The position numbers and the translations under genes were made by a program. From the NCBI GenBank assembly GCA_963675295.2, contig CAXXKJ010000002.1:2208001-2272000 (forward strand): a stretch of 64,000 nt of DNA. Direction: 5' to 3'. This document shows positions 48,921-58,077 of the stretch, piece after piece (within the stretch, counting starts at the first letter, position 1; the number at the start of each line of letters is the position of its first letter). The notes under the pieces were generated by a model. That model saw only the letters and a program-made list of their open reading frames with translations, was not told the origin of the DNA and did not search any database. This stretch comes from a bacterium. GTDB lineage: Bacteria; Electryoneota; Electryoneia; Electryoneales; Electryoneaceae.

Positions 48921-49331
48921 ATGGCAACCTCATCCGCAAGATCTATCCTTGTTTTACGCTGGATCGCACGCATCCTCGGTACCATCATCGCAGTGTTCAC
49001 CCTCACCCGTTTCGCCGTTGAGATCCTGGAACCCGGCGGCTTGAACATCGAGAACGTCCAGCACTGGGTACTGTTGATCCCGATGTGGATCGCCCAGATC
49101 GGCCTTCTGCTCGGCTGGCGCTGGGAAAGGTTCGGCGGTATGCTGGCTTCCGCGTGCTTGATTTTCCTGGGGATAGCGAGCCTGATCATTCTCAGGAATC
49201 CGGCGGTGCTTATCATGTCCGTCTTCATGCTGATTCCGGCGGTGCTGTACATCTACTGCTGGCAGGCGACGAAGAAGCGGGATCTTATGGCACCTGCGGA
49301 AACTCCGGAGGTCCATCATGAACCCGCGTAA
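48921..49331 (+). CDS. small four-TM hypothetical membrane protein
   Basis: LRWIARILG...GLLLGWRWERFGG hydrophobic pattern. Confidence 0.7.
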   Translation: MATSSARSILVLRWIARILGTIIAVFTLTRFAVEILEPGGLNIENVQHWVLLIPMWIAQIGLLLGWRWERFGGMLASACLIFLGIASLIILRNPAVLIMSVFMLIPAVLYIYCWQATKKRDLMAPAETPEVHHEPA

Positions 49332-49863
49332 CCAACACTTCGCGCTGGTGGCAATCGTGCTGCTGGTGATACTGAGTGCGGGCGTGGCCTTCGCCGAGGA
49401 AGACCAGAAGCCGGACCGTCGCTCGTTCTTCCGTTTGAGTGATCACGACGTCCTGCTGCCGATTATCTCGCTCGAATGGGGCGCGCCGGACCGATTCTCG
49501 TTTACCTCACGGTACATCCACGAACTGGGCGAGAAGTTCGACGATCAGGAGTGGTTCAACAGCCTCAGCCTCTCCATCAGTCCGGGCTGGTCGGGCGGAC
49601 GCGCCAGCCTCGGCTACATGCTGCTCTGGGACCCGAAATCCAGCCAGGACTTCGGCATCTTCAGCGAACTGCGGGCGACCTACCTGCGCACATGGGGCGA
49701 GCCGATGTACGCCCCCCTGACCGACGAAAACTATCTCGGCGCGGAGTTCAGCCTCGGCCTCAGCTTCCTGCTCAAAGTCAGCGGCGGATACTACTGGCTG
49801 CTGTCACCGGTCGATGGTCACGACGACTCGTTCGTCGGATTTCATGTCGGGGTGGGGATATAG
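49318..49863 (+). CDS. exported hypothetical protein, probable beta-barrel
   Basis: Signal peptide ending AFA; terminal FHVGVGI; GGAGG RBS. Confidence 0.7.
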   Translation: MNPRNQHFALVAIVLLVILSAGVAFAEEDQKPDRRSFFRLSDHDVLLPIISLEWGAPDRFSFTSRYIHELGEKFDDQEWFNSLSLSISPGWSGGRASLGYMLLWDPKSSQDFGIFSELRATYLRTWGEPMYAPLTDENYLGAEFSLGLSFLLKVSGGYYWLLSPVDGHDDSFVGFHVGVGI

Positions 49864-50063
49864 ACCGGGCTATGGGCAATAGGCTATGGGCTATGGGAGG
49901 GTTGCAACTGCGGCATTATGTTTGAGGTTAGTACTCCACGCTGTTGATATTGCGGTCTGAATAACGGACTTTTTATGGACCGTAATCAGTCTTGATATAG
50001 CCTTTTTTCTGCCCTATTTTATCCCCCGAAGTGTACCATCCCCCCGAACAAGGAGACGGACCG

Positions 50064-50336
50064 ATGATTGACGGCCGCCGCATTAAACCGATCAGCTACC
50101 TCAAGTCGCACGCCGCGGAGGTGCTGAAAGATCTGAAAGAAACAGGCAAGCCCTATGTGATTACGCAGCATGGAGAGGGCAGGGCTATTCTTATGGATAT
50201 TGACAAGTATGAGGAAGAGCTGGAAACCATTGCGAGATTGAAAATGGTGCTCATGGGAAAAGAACAAGTCCGGCAAGGAAAAGCCCGCCCTGCTGAAGAA
50301 GCGTTTGAAGAACTCAAGAAGCTGCGCGCAGGATAA
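50064..50336 (+). CDS. Phd/YefM family antitoxin
   Basis: IKPISYLKSHAAEVL...PYVITQHGE..A.LMD; AAGGAG RBS. Confidence 0.92.
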   Translation: MIDGRRIKPISYLKSHAAEVLKDLKETGKPYVITQHGEGRAILMDIDKYEEELETIARLKMVLMGKEQVRQGKARPAEEAFEELKKLRAG

Positions 50337-50381
50337 TCCTTGTAGGGGTGAGGGGCGGCTGTTGGGGTGACAGCCGGTTTG

Positions 50382-50510
50382 ATGAGCAAACCGGGCCACC
50401 CGTCATACCGGGTTTTCTATGACATTCAGGATGAAGCGGTGTATGTCCGTTTGATCACCGATGGCCGCCGGAACATGCAGGAACTCCTGGCGAAGCGGTT
50501 GTTGGGGTGA
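50382..50510 (+). pseudogene. RelE/ParE toxin C-terminal remnant
   Basis: Frame reads YRVFYDIQDEAVYVRLITDGRRNMQELLAKRLLG*; the N-terminal part is absent and REP sequence lies in its place. Confidence 0.8.
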
Positions 50511-50573
50511 CACCCAGTTTGACAAGCAAACCGGGATACCTGCCGGAATGCTGGAAATGAGACCCGAGGCTGA

Positions 50574-51705
50574 TGCAAATTCCAAGATCAAATGCACCGA
50601 TCAGGTTTTGTGATTGAAGAGGACCTCTTTTGGTGTTCTGTATCCGAGTGATTTTCTGGGTCTGTTGTTGAGTTGCTGTTCGACCGAATGGACGTCCAGA
50701 TCGTGAAGTGACCGGAAGTCCAGCCCCTTCGGAAACCACTGCCGTACCATCCGGTTCATGTTCTCGTTGCGTGCCCGCTCCCACGAGCTGTACGGATGCG
50801 CGAAATAGACCGTCACACCCAGCCGTTCAGCCAGCCATTCATGCCGCGCGAACTCACCGCCGTTATCCGCTGTCAGCGTGTGCAGGGGAAGCTTTCGCTG
50901 CTTCCAGTGGCGTTGAAACGCGGCGACGGAACGCGTGCTGAAGGTCTCGGCACGAAGGTCGGGCAGCAGCGCCAGCACGGTGTATTTGCTGCGTCGCTCG
51001 ACGTGGCTGGCAATCGCTCCCTTGTGCCCCTTGCCGTGGATCGTGTCCGACTCCCAGTCGCCCGCACGGCCCAGTTTGTCAACGATCTCCGGACGTTCTT
51101 CGATGCCCGTCCGGTTGCGGATCATGCCACGGAAGTCCTTGCGTGACCCACGTTTGCGATAGCCGCGACGCCCGTGATTCAGGCACAGGTGAAGCGTGCC
51201 GCCGTTGTCCTGGTCACGGCGGATCCAGCTGTAGATCGTCTGCGTGCTCACCTGCATCGACGGGTCGTCACGAAACTCCCGCCGCAGACGACCGGCCAAC
51301 ACATCCGGCGACCAGTACTCGCCGCGCAGATGCACTTCCAGGTACGCTCTCAGCGCCTCGTTTTCACTGATCCTGCTGTGTCCGGCACGGATCGCCGACC
51401 GTCGCTCAAACGCCTGCTGATGGGCGCTGGCGGGCAGGTAGTCGCCTGCTGAATCCCGGTTCCGCTGCAGCTCACGACTGATCGTCGTCCGGTGACGTCC
51501 AAGCTGTCTCGCGATCTCCGGGACACTCTCTCCCCGATGATGCTGACAGGCTATCATCTCACGCTCACGGAGCGTAAGTTGACCTTGTGGCATTGCTGTT
51601 CCTCGTTCCGTTTTTGTGTTCTCTCAAACCCAAAATACAGAACAAGACGGCAGTGCCACTTCTCTTCAAAACCCGAGCCCTGTGCGATTGATTTTAGAAT
51701 TTTGG
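50574..51705 (-). mobile_element. IS30-family insertion sequence
   Basis: Imperfect terminal IRs (AAATTCCAAGATCAAATGCAC vs reverse-complement AAATTCTAAAATCAATCGCAC, 17/21); flanking 3-bp TGA duplication. Confidence 0.9.
50601..51593 (-). CDS. IS30-family transposase
   Basis: IARQLGRHRTTISREL.RN, GDWESDT, T.DNG.EF, HPYSSWER..NEN.N, LNNRPRK.LG. Confidence 0.97.
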   Translation of the reverse strand: MPQGQLTLREREMIACQHHRGESVPEIARQLGRHRTTISRELQRNRDSAGDYLPASAHQQAFERRSAIRAGHSRISENEALRAYLEVHLRGEYWSPDVLAGRLRREFRDDPSMQVSTQTIYSWIRRDQDNGGTLHLCLNHGRRGYRKRGSRKDFRGMIRNRTGIEERPEIVDKLGRAGDWESDTIHGKGHKGAIASHVERRSKYTVLALLPDLRAETFSTRSVAAFQRHWKQRKLPLHTLTADNGGEFARHEWLAERLGVTVYFAHPYSSWERARNENMNRMVRQWFPKGLDFRSLHDLDVHSVEQQLNNRPRKSLGYRTPKEVLFNHKT

Positions 51706-51871
51706 TGAAGCCCCGGGCCACCCGCCACGGCATTTGATGTTATACCAATGCGATGTATCGCTTTCTTTGCAGAATTTTTTGTCATATCTTGGCGGTAGCC
51801 GCCTGCAGCGGCTGAACAGGTCCCGGCACCAGGGATTGCCGGGCTACGCTTTATTGCTGAAGGTGGACTTG

Positions 51872-52468
51872 ATGCTGCCAGATTTTCTAGACAGCAAACA
51901 TCGGTTGCTACAAATCCTTCAATACTCTATGCGATTTGAGTTCGCAAAATCTTCTCCTTTTCTTGGAATGTTGAACAAGTCAATAATTCACGAAGGCAGA
52001 GATCCGATACTGGTAAACGAAGAGCTCGGTTCAGAGGAAATTGTTGTTCTTAAAGAATCTTCTGCAATCTATGAAATAGATCTCAGAACAGTTAGTTCTA
52101 GAAGTCTAAAAGATATCTACAATGATTTTAAATCCATGGCGGAAAATATTGCAAGCGATCAATCACAACATGCAATAAAAGAACTAGATCGCACCCTTGC
52201 CAAAGTGGGAAATGTTATGGATATGGCAGGAAAACCTTTCACTCCCGATAGCTTTATAGCAATGATGGAAAAGATATGGATAGATTTTGACTGTGATGGT
52301 ATGCCACGATTACCACAAATAGTAGTCGGTCCTGATGCAGAAAACGCCGTCCTTGCGATGTTTCAGAAGCTTGATGAGGAGCCATATAAAACACGCATGA
52401 ACGAGTTGATGGCAAAGAAACACGAGGAATATCTTGAAAGAGAGAGTCATAGAACATTGGTTGACTAA
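51872..52468 (+). CDS. hypothetical protein (198 aa), possibly truncated HK97-like fold
   Basis: AT-rich ORF, AAGGTGGA RBS before ATG 51872, overlaps the next gene; fold suggestion is inference. Confidence 0.75.
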   Translation: MLPDFLDSKHRLLQILQYSMRFEFAKSSPFLGMLNKSIIHEGRDPILVNEELGSEEIVVLKESSAIYEIDLRTVSSRSLKDIYNDFKSMAENIASDQSQHAIKELDRTLAKVGNVMDMAGKPFTPDSFIAMMEKIWIDFDCDGMPRLPQIVVGPDAENAVLAMFQKLDEEPYKTRMNELMAKKHEEYLERESHRTLVD

Positions 52469-54068
52469 GGCGACCGAACGGACTTTCCAGGTACCTTTCG
52501 CTTACATGCTTGCAAGTCGAGGATTTACTGTGCTTCATGTCACTCGACACTGCGCAATGGAACTAGGTAAAGATGTCATTGCTGTTGATAGTGAAGGGCT
52601 TGTTTGTGCTTTTCAATTAAAGACTGGAGATCTGAATAAATCTAAATGGCGGGATATTTATTCACAAATCCAGGAGTTGTTAGAAAGTACTGTAATACAT
52701 CCCTCTATTCCTTCAACTTCTGATTATCAGTCATATCTTGTTATTAATGGAAAAATAGAAGAGGAGGCGCAAATAGCAATTGATGCTAGTAATCGTAATT
52801 GGGTATCGCGTGGATTCCGTCCTCTCAAAACTATTGTAGGATCGCAACTTGAAAAATGGGCTAGTGATCTCGGCACTTCATTGTGGCCTACAGAGATTAG
52901 GGAAATGAAAGATGTTTTGGAGTTGTTTCTCAATGATGGGTTATCTTTATTTCCTAAAGAAAAATATGCTCGCATTATTCAAACGATGCTTCCCTACAAC
53001 TATACAAAGAACAATAAGAAACCAAGTATGGCTGCTCGAAATAGAGCAACATCAAGTGCATCACTTTTAACTTCTATTGTTCTATCAAATTTCAGTAAAA
53101 ATGAAAATTTTGTCGCTGAATTTGAGGCTTGGACTATTTACTTATCGTACGTATTTTCAATAGTAGATCGCTGGTCAACCTCACAACAAAGCTATTCCAA
53201 TGAGATTAATATTGCAAAAACAGCTATCGAACACGCACTTATTAATTTAGTAGATGAAATTAGGGAAAGAAAACACTTTGTTGAGGGTGATGCATCTGTC
53301 GACGCACCTTATTATAGGATACGAATAACTTGGGTAATCGGCATACTAAGTGCATTTGGCATAAAGCGCAGGATTGAATCGCAGAAAGACGATGAGCTTG
53401 ACAATACTATCAAAACATTTGTATTAGACCATATTACTGAAATGGTAATATGGGGAGAATCAGCGATACCTAGCTATCTATCAGTATTTTGGTATCTAAA
53501 GAAGATAGGGAAATACACAAGTGCGAATCACTTTTTGTATGGTGTGATTAATAGTATAGTCGTAGGTCACAGTAACGAGGAAAAGTATATCGCAAACCCA
53601 TATTATCAAGCAATCGACTTGATACCTTATATGCTTGATGATCAGTTAGCAGAGGTATGTCCCTTACCATATAGAGTCTCCACTAAGCCTTTTGAAGATA
53701 ATTCCAAAGGTATATCTTATACGTTAGAATCACTCCTTGATATTATTGTAAGAGAAAATTGGAGGCTACATTTTAAGGTAATATGGCCGTCAGCATCACG
53801 AATAATGTCACGCAAATTCAGATATAAAAAGACCTGGCACTATTATTGGTGGAGGTGTGGTGAAGAAGGCCAGGAGGTAGTTACGTTGAGACATCCGACA
53901 CAGAGCTGGCAGAAGCTTAGGAAAGATACTTCTGATGTTTCTGGAAACATTTTACCAAAATCCATGAAAGAATCTCCTTATTACGTGCTTTATCACTTGC
54001 TCGTATTCCCACACCGAATCTCACCAAGTGTAATTCGGTGGCTTGACCACCAAATAAGAGGGGTGTAA
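52434..54068 (+). CDS. PD-(D/E)xK (Mrr/REase-like) nuclease domain protein with long helical C-terminus
   Basis: ERTFQ...ELGKDVIA...AFQLKTGD catalytic pattern; GAGGA RBS before TTG; AT-rich. Confidence 0.8.
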   Translation: MKERVIEHWLTKATERTFQVPFAYMLASRGFTVLHVTRHCAMELGKDVIAVDSEGLVCAFQLKTGDLNKSKWRDIYSQIQELLESTVIHPSIPSTSDYQSYLVINGKIEEEAQIAIDASNRNWVSRGFRPLKTIVGSQLEKWASDLGTSLWPTEIREMKDVLELFLNDGLSLFPKEKYARIIQTMLPYNYTKNNKKPSMAARNRATSSASLLTSIVLSNFSKNENFVAEFEAWTIYLSYVFSIVDRWSTSQQSYSNEINIAKTAIEHALINLVDEIRERKHFVEGDASVDAPYYRIRITWVIGILSAFGIKRRIESQKDDELDNTIKTFVLDHITEMVIWGESAIPSYLSVFWYLKKIGKYTSANHFLYGVINSIVVGHSNEEKYIANPYYQAIDLIPYMLDDQLAEVCPLPYRVSTKPFEDNSKGISYTLESLLDIIVRENWRLHFKVIWPSASRIMSRKFRYKKTWHYYWWRCGEEGQEVVTLRHPTQSWQKLRKDTSDVSGNILPKSMKESPYYVLYHLLVFPHRISPSVIRWLDHQIRGV

Positions 54069-54090
54069 TAGATCTCACCTCGATTTGATC

Positions 54091-55680
54091 CTAATTACAT
54101 GGAGTTACCTGCCTCACACTATCAATCACCGTCCCATCGACCCACTTGATGATGGCGATATCGTTGTCGAGCAGTTCGGGTTTGGCGGGCGGGCCACCGG
54201 CGAGGCGTTCGACCTCGTGTTTCAGTTCGTGAATGGTTTTCAGGGGCAGGGTGTCGCCGGCGGGCGCGTGTTTGTTCCACGCGTTGACGCGGTCGATCAG
54301 GTCCTGGCGTAGCGGGTTGATCGCGATGCCGCGTTCGGTGACGATCACGTCGATCAGTTCGCCGGGGCCGGTGAGGGTGGTGACGTTGTCGACGATGATC
54401 GGCATACGGTCGCGCATGGACGGGATCGGCAGGATGGTGCATTTGCTGAAGAGGCAGTTCTGCCAACCGCCGATGCCGTGCAGGAGCTGGCCGTCCGAGT
54501 GGGTGACGACGTTGGCGTTGAAATTGACGTCGACCTCGGTCGCGCCGAGCACGACGGCGTCCAGCATGGACGCGAAGTTGCCCTTGCCGTGGTAGTTGTA
54601 GCTGGTGAACGGGCTGGTGTTGATATGGCCCGGATTTTCGCGCATCGAGCGCACGCCTTCCAGGTCAAACGTCTGGCCGTCGAGGATGTAATCGGTCAGG
54701 CCTTCCTCAAGCATATCCACGAGATACTGGGTTGATCCGCCGCGGATGAAGCGGGCCTTGATGCCCATTTCACGCATCATGTCGCGCACGAAGATCGCGA
54801 ACGCGAGCGCGGTACCGCCGGCGCCGGCCTGGAACGACCAGCCGTCATGGAGGATGCCGGTCGCCTTGACGAATTTCGCGGTCAGTTCGGAGATCAGCAG
54901 ACGGTCGGGCGACTTGGTGATGTTGGTGGTGCCGGAGACGATTTTCGACGGGTCGCCGACCTTGTCGAGCACGACGACGGCATCCACGTTCTGCCCCTGG
55001 ATCTGCCATGGGTAGCAGGGGAAGGGGACGAGGTTGTCGGTGACGACGATGACGTGCTTCGCGTACATCGAGTCAGCGAGCGCGAAGCCGAGCAGACCGC
55101 AGGCGGACGGGCCACGGTCGCCAGTGCAATTGCCGAAAGCGTCAGCGGTGGGTGCGGCGATGATCGCGACGTCGATGGAGACGTCACCGTCCTGGATCGC
55201 CTGCCAGCGGCCGCCGTGGCTGCGGAGTACGCCGAAGCCGCGCATCTTGCCCTGGGAGGCGTACGCACCGAGCGGGCCGTTCATCGAGCCTTCGATGTGG
55301 TGGATGGTGCCGTCCTCGAGGCGGTCGATCAGGGGCGCGTGGCACGGGAACGACGCCGACGGGAACCACATCAGGTCCTTGACACCCATCTCTTTCGCGG
55401 CGTCGAAGACCTGGTTCATGACGAGGTCGCCGTTACGGAAATGGTGATGGTTGGAGATGGTCATGCCGTCCCGGAGACCAGCCTTTTCCAGCGCTTCACG
55501 GATGCTGCCGACGACTTTGTTGCCGTCCGCCGGGAAGTCCGCGCAGGTGCGGATCGGGGTGGTCGCCTTGTCGCCTTGGGGGCGAAATTTTCCGACACCC
55601 TGGTACGGGACCTGGTCGCGTCCGTTGACGAAAGTCGGGACAGATCGTCCCGCGGCATTGACTGCGCGTTCGCTGGCCAT
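54091..55680 (-). CDS. citF: citrate lyase alpha subunit (ACP/CoA transferase)
   Basis: GL.DGMTIS.HHHFRNGD, RSHGGR, FQAGAGG, GIGGWQ, VIVTERGIA.NP; start at MASER (the ORF-track extension is repeat-derived). Confidence 0.9.
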   Translation of the reverse strand: MASERAVNAAGRSVPTFVNGRDQVPYQGVGKFRPQGDKATTPIRTCADFPADGNKVVGSIREALEKAGLRDGMTISNHHHFRNGDLVMNQVFDAAKEMGVKDLMWFPSASFPCHAPLIDRLEDGTIHHIEGSMNGPLGAYASQGKMRGFGVLRSHGGRWQAIQDGDVSIDVAIIAAPTADAFGNCTGDRGPSACGLLGFALADSMYAKHVIVVTDNLVPFPCYPWQIQGQNVDAVVVLDKVGDPSKIVSGTTNITKSPDRLLISELTAKFVKATGILHDGWSFQAGAGGTALAFAIFVRDMMREMGIKARFIRGGSTQYLVDMLEEGLTDYILDGQTFDLEGVRSMRENPGHINTSPFTSYNYHGKGNFASMLDAVVLGATEVDVNFNANVVTHSDGQLLHGIGGWQNCLFSKCTILPIPSMRDRMPIIVDNVTTLTGPGELIDVIVTERGIAINPLRQDLIDRVNAWNKHAPAGDTLPLKTIHELKHEVERLAGGPPAKPELLDNDIAIIKWVDGTVIDSVRQVTPCN

Positions 55681-55709
55681 GATGATGTTCTCGGTTAAGC
55701 GTTGTTCAG

Positions 55710-55806
55710 CCGCGTTTGCAAGCAAACACGGGTACGTGCCTGGGCTACCCGTCTGACTGTTTAACTGTTGCGCGTCCGCGTTTGCAAGCAAACACGGGCA
55801 CTTGCA
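55710..55806. repeat. family C repeat x2 (CCGCGTTTGCAAGCAAACACGGG)
   Basis: Direct repeats at 55710 and 55776; inverted copy at 19373. Confidence 0.85.
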
Positions 55807-55930
55807 GTGGAAACACGGACACATTCTTGTTTAACACGGGCATTTCGGGTCGTGATGTGCACGTGAATCTGGGAAGATACGAGTCCGATTGCAGGAGTGG
55901 CGGTGAGGTTTCTCAGAGCCATGCGGACTA

Positions 55931-55958
55931 CAGCCCGGATCAGAATTGATCCGGGCTG
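55931..55958 (-). terminator. hairpin downstream of 55984-57813
   Basis: CAGCCCGGATCA-GAAT-TGATCCGGGCTG. Confidence 0.55.
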
Positions 55959-55983
55959 CATTGGATTCATACCGCCGGGTATC

Positions 55984-57810
55984 TCAGCGGATCAGTGCGA
56001 CGCGGCGGATTTCGTTGCGACCGCCGGGCAGGGTGGCACGGACAAAGTAGATGCCGCTGGCGAAATGGTCAGCGTCGAGGGTGAACTGATGCATGCCGGC
56101 GGATGCCTGTCCACGGGCGAGTTCAGCGACCTGTTGGCCGGAAATGTTGTAGACGGTGACGGCGAGATCGCCGGATTCCGCGAGGTGGACGGTGATCGTG
56201 GCCTGTGCGTTGAACGGGTTCGGGTAGACGGAGAGGACCTCGAACTGGCGCGGTTGGGCCAGGTTGAGGTCAGATGCGACAGATTCGCTGAAGTCGAGCC
56301 AGACGGCTGTCCAGTTGGCGGGGGTGTCCGCCGCAGTCTGCCCGGGCAGCTTCTCAAAGGTGAAGGTGTCCGAGGCGATGATGTCGTTGCCGTCTGCGAG
56401 GTGCAGGGTGTAGGTGTAGGTCCCTGCCGGAGCATAAAACGGGACCGTTTGCCGGGGCGCGGCGGAAACGGTGAAGCCGGGCTGGACGGTGATGCTGTTG
56501 ATCTGCAGCAGCGGTCCGACCTCGGTGCCGTTCGGGGTGATGGCCGAGGTCCAGGCGTCGAAGGTGACCGGTAAATCCGATGTGTTCTCTACGGTGGCGA
56601 TCCAGCGGAAGTTGCCGCCAGAAGCCGGCAGGATGAGGGGCTGGTTGACCGGTGTGGCGGACACGGTCAGCGGCGGGACGGTGTCCGGGAAGTCGAAGAC
56701 GCTGACGAGCCAGCCGTTGTTGTTGCCCTGTCCGCAGATGATGTAGCCGCCGCCATCGACTGGGCAGAAGTCGAGACCGGTGGCGCTGATGGTGAGCATG
56801 AACCCGTGGGTGGATTCCCAGTTGAGGGTGCCGGCCGGGGCCAATTCACCGACCCAGAGCAGCCAGGTGCTGTCATTGCCCTGGTACGCGCCGCAGAAGG
56901 CGACGTTGCCGTCTCCGGTGGTCAGGAAACGGTTGAACCCGTTCCAGCCGTTCACGCCGTATCCGTAGTCCCATTGGTAGATGCCGGACTCGTCCGCGCA
57001 AACGACCCAGGCTTCGGTGTTGAAGCCGGGACCCATGCGTCCGCCGAACATGTAGGTACCGTCGCAGACCGTCGCGCAGGCGAGCAGCTCCATGCCCTCG
57101 GTTCCGTAAGCTTGTTGCCATTGGACGACGCCGTCGGTAGAGGTTTTGACAGCCCAGCCATCTGAGCTGCCCGCGCCGATGGAGAAGGTGCGTCCGACTG
57201 TCAGGTAACCGCCGCCGATGGCTGGAATGATGCCTTCGATGAAGTCGTCGTCGTGCCCGCCGATGGCGTTCTGCCAGATGGTGACACCGTCCGGGGTGAG
57301 CTTCCAGAGGAAACCGTCGTAGCCGGAGAGATAGTCGCCAACTCTTCCGACGACAACGATGTTGCCGTCGTCGTCGACGAGGACGTTGGTGGCTTCATCG
57401 TTGTTGCCGGAGGCCCATGAACTTTGCCAGAGGACGGCTCCGGCGTTGTCGATTCGCATCACCATGGCGTCGCCAACATCGGGGGAGGGGGAATTTGTTC
57501 GACCGGCGATGATGTAGCCGCCGTCCGGGTGGGGTACGATTTTACGCACATCCACGCCGCTCGGATCTACGATGGTCACGAGCTGCAGCCGGGTACCGTC
57601 GGATTCCACCCAGCGCAGGAAAATGGTTGAATCGCGGGCGGAAACGTGGATAAACTGGCCCGCCGGGGCGGGTGCAAGTGAGGCGAGGCTCAGCACATCA
57701 GTATAACTGTCATCCCAGAGCCGGTCACCGGGATCTTGTGCCACAGCGGCGATGGTACCCAACAGGATCAACAGCAGGCAGGCCAACAATGGCACACGAA
57801 ACAGACTCAT
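55984..57810 (-). CDS. secreted beta-propeller protein with T9SS type A-like C-terminal sorting domain
   Basis: Signal peptide; G..lW...yG repeats; YPNPFN...VYNISGQ.V...SGIYFV. Confidence 0.85.
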   Translation of the reverse strand: MSLFRVPLLACLLLILLGTIAAVAQDPGDRLWDDSYTDVLSLASLAPAPAGQFIHVSARDSTIFLRWVESDGTRLQLVTIVDPSGVDVRKIVPHPDGGYIIAGRTNSPSPDVGDAMVMRIDNAGAVLWQSSWASGNNDEATNVLVDDDGNIVVVGRVGDYLSGYDGFLWKLTPDGVTIWQNAIGGHDDDFIEGIIPAIGGGYLTVGRTFSIGAGSSDGWAVKTSTDGVVQWQQAYGTEGMELLACATVCDGTYMFGGRMGPGFNTEAWVVCADESGIYQWDYGYGVNGWNGFNRFLTTGDGNVAFCGAYQGNDSTWLLWVGELAPAGTLNWESTHGFMLTISATGLDFCPVDGGGYIICGQGNNNGWLVSVFDFPDTVPPLTVSATPVNQPLILPASGGNFRWIATVENTSDLPVTFDAWTSAITPNGTEVGPLLQINSITVQPGFTVSAAPRQTVPFYAPAGTYTYTLHLADGNDIIASDTFTFEKLPGQTAADTPANWTAVWLDFSESVASDLNLAQPRQFEVLSVYPNPFNAQATITVHLAESGDLAVTVYNISGQQVAELARGQASAGMHQFTLDADHFASGIYFVRATLPGGRNEIRRVALIR

Positions 57811-58077
57811 CACTACCTCCCAGAAATGATGTCCGCGTCAGTGCACCCTGTAACTGGACACCAGTCGAGGGAGAAAGGTTTCAGGTTTTTCGTTGTGGAA
57901 CTAACATTGCTCTGGTGGAGGCTGTTGGGTGGGATGGGGCGTGTTTGGCTCGGCATTGGTCGCGCAAGGTCTGGCGATGGTGGAATCCGGCGCGGGGTTT
58001 GCTGGATCAGAATCGGACATTAGCAGTGCCTAACTTTGAAACACGTTGCGTGGACCGACGGGATTGAGTTTCGACTC

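Noticed and set aside
50064-54068. Prophage
   Set aside because: No integrase, terminase, portal or tail genes around the capsid-like ORF
55681-55824. Cys-rich N-terminal extension of CitF
   Set aside because: Encoded by the family-C DNA repeats; the likely start is 55680
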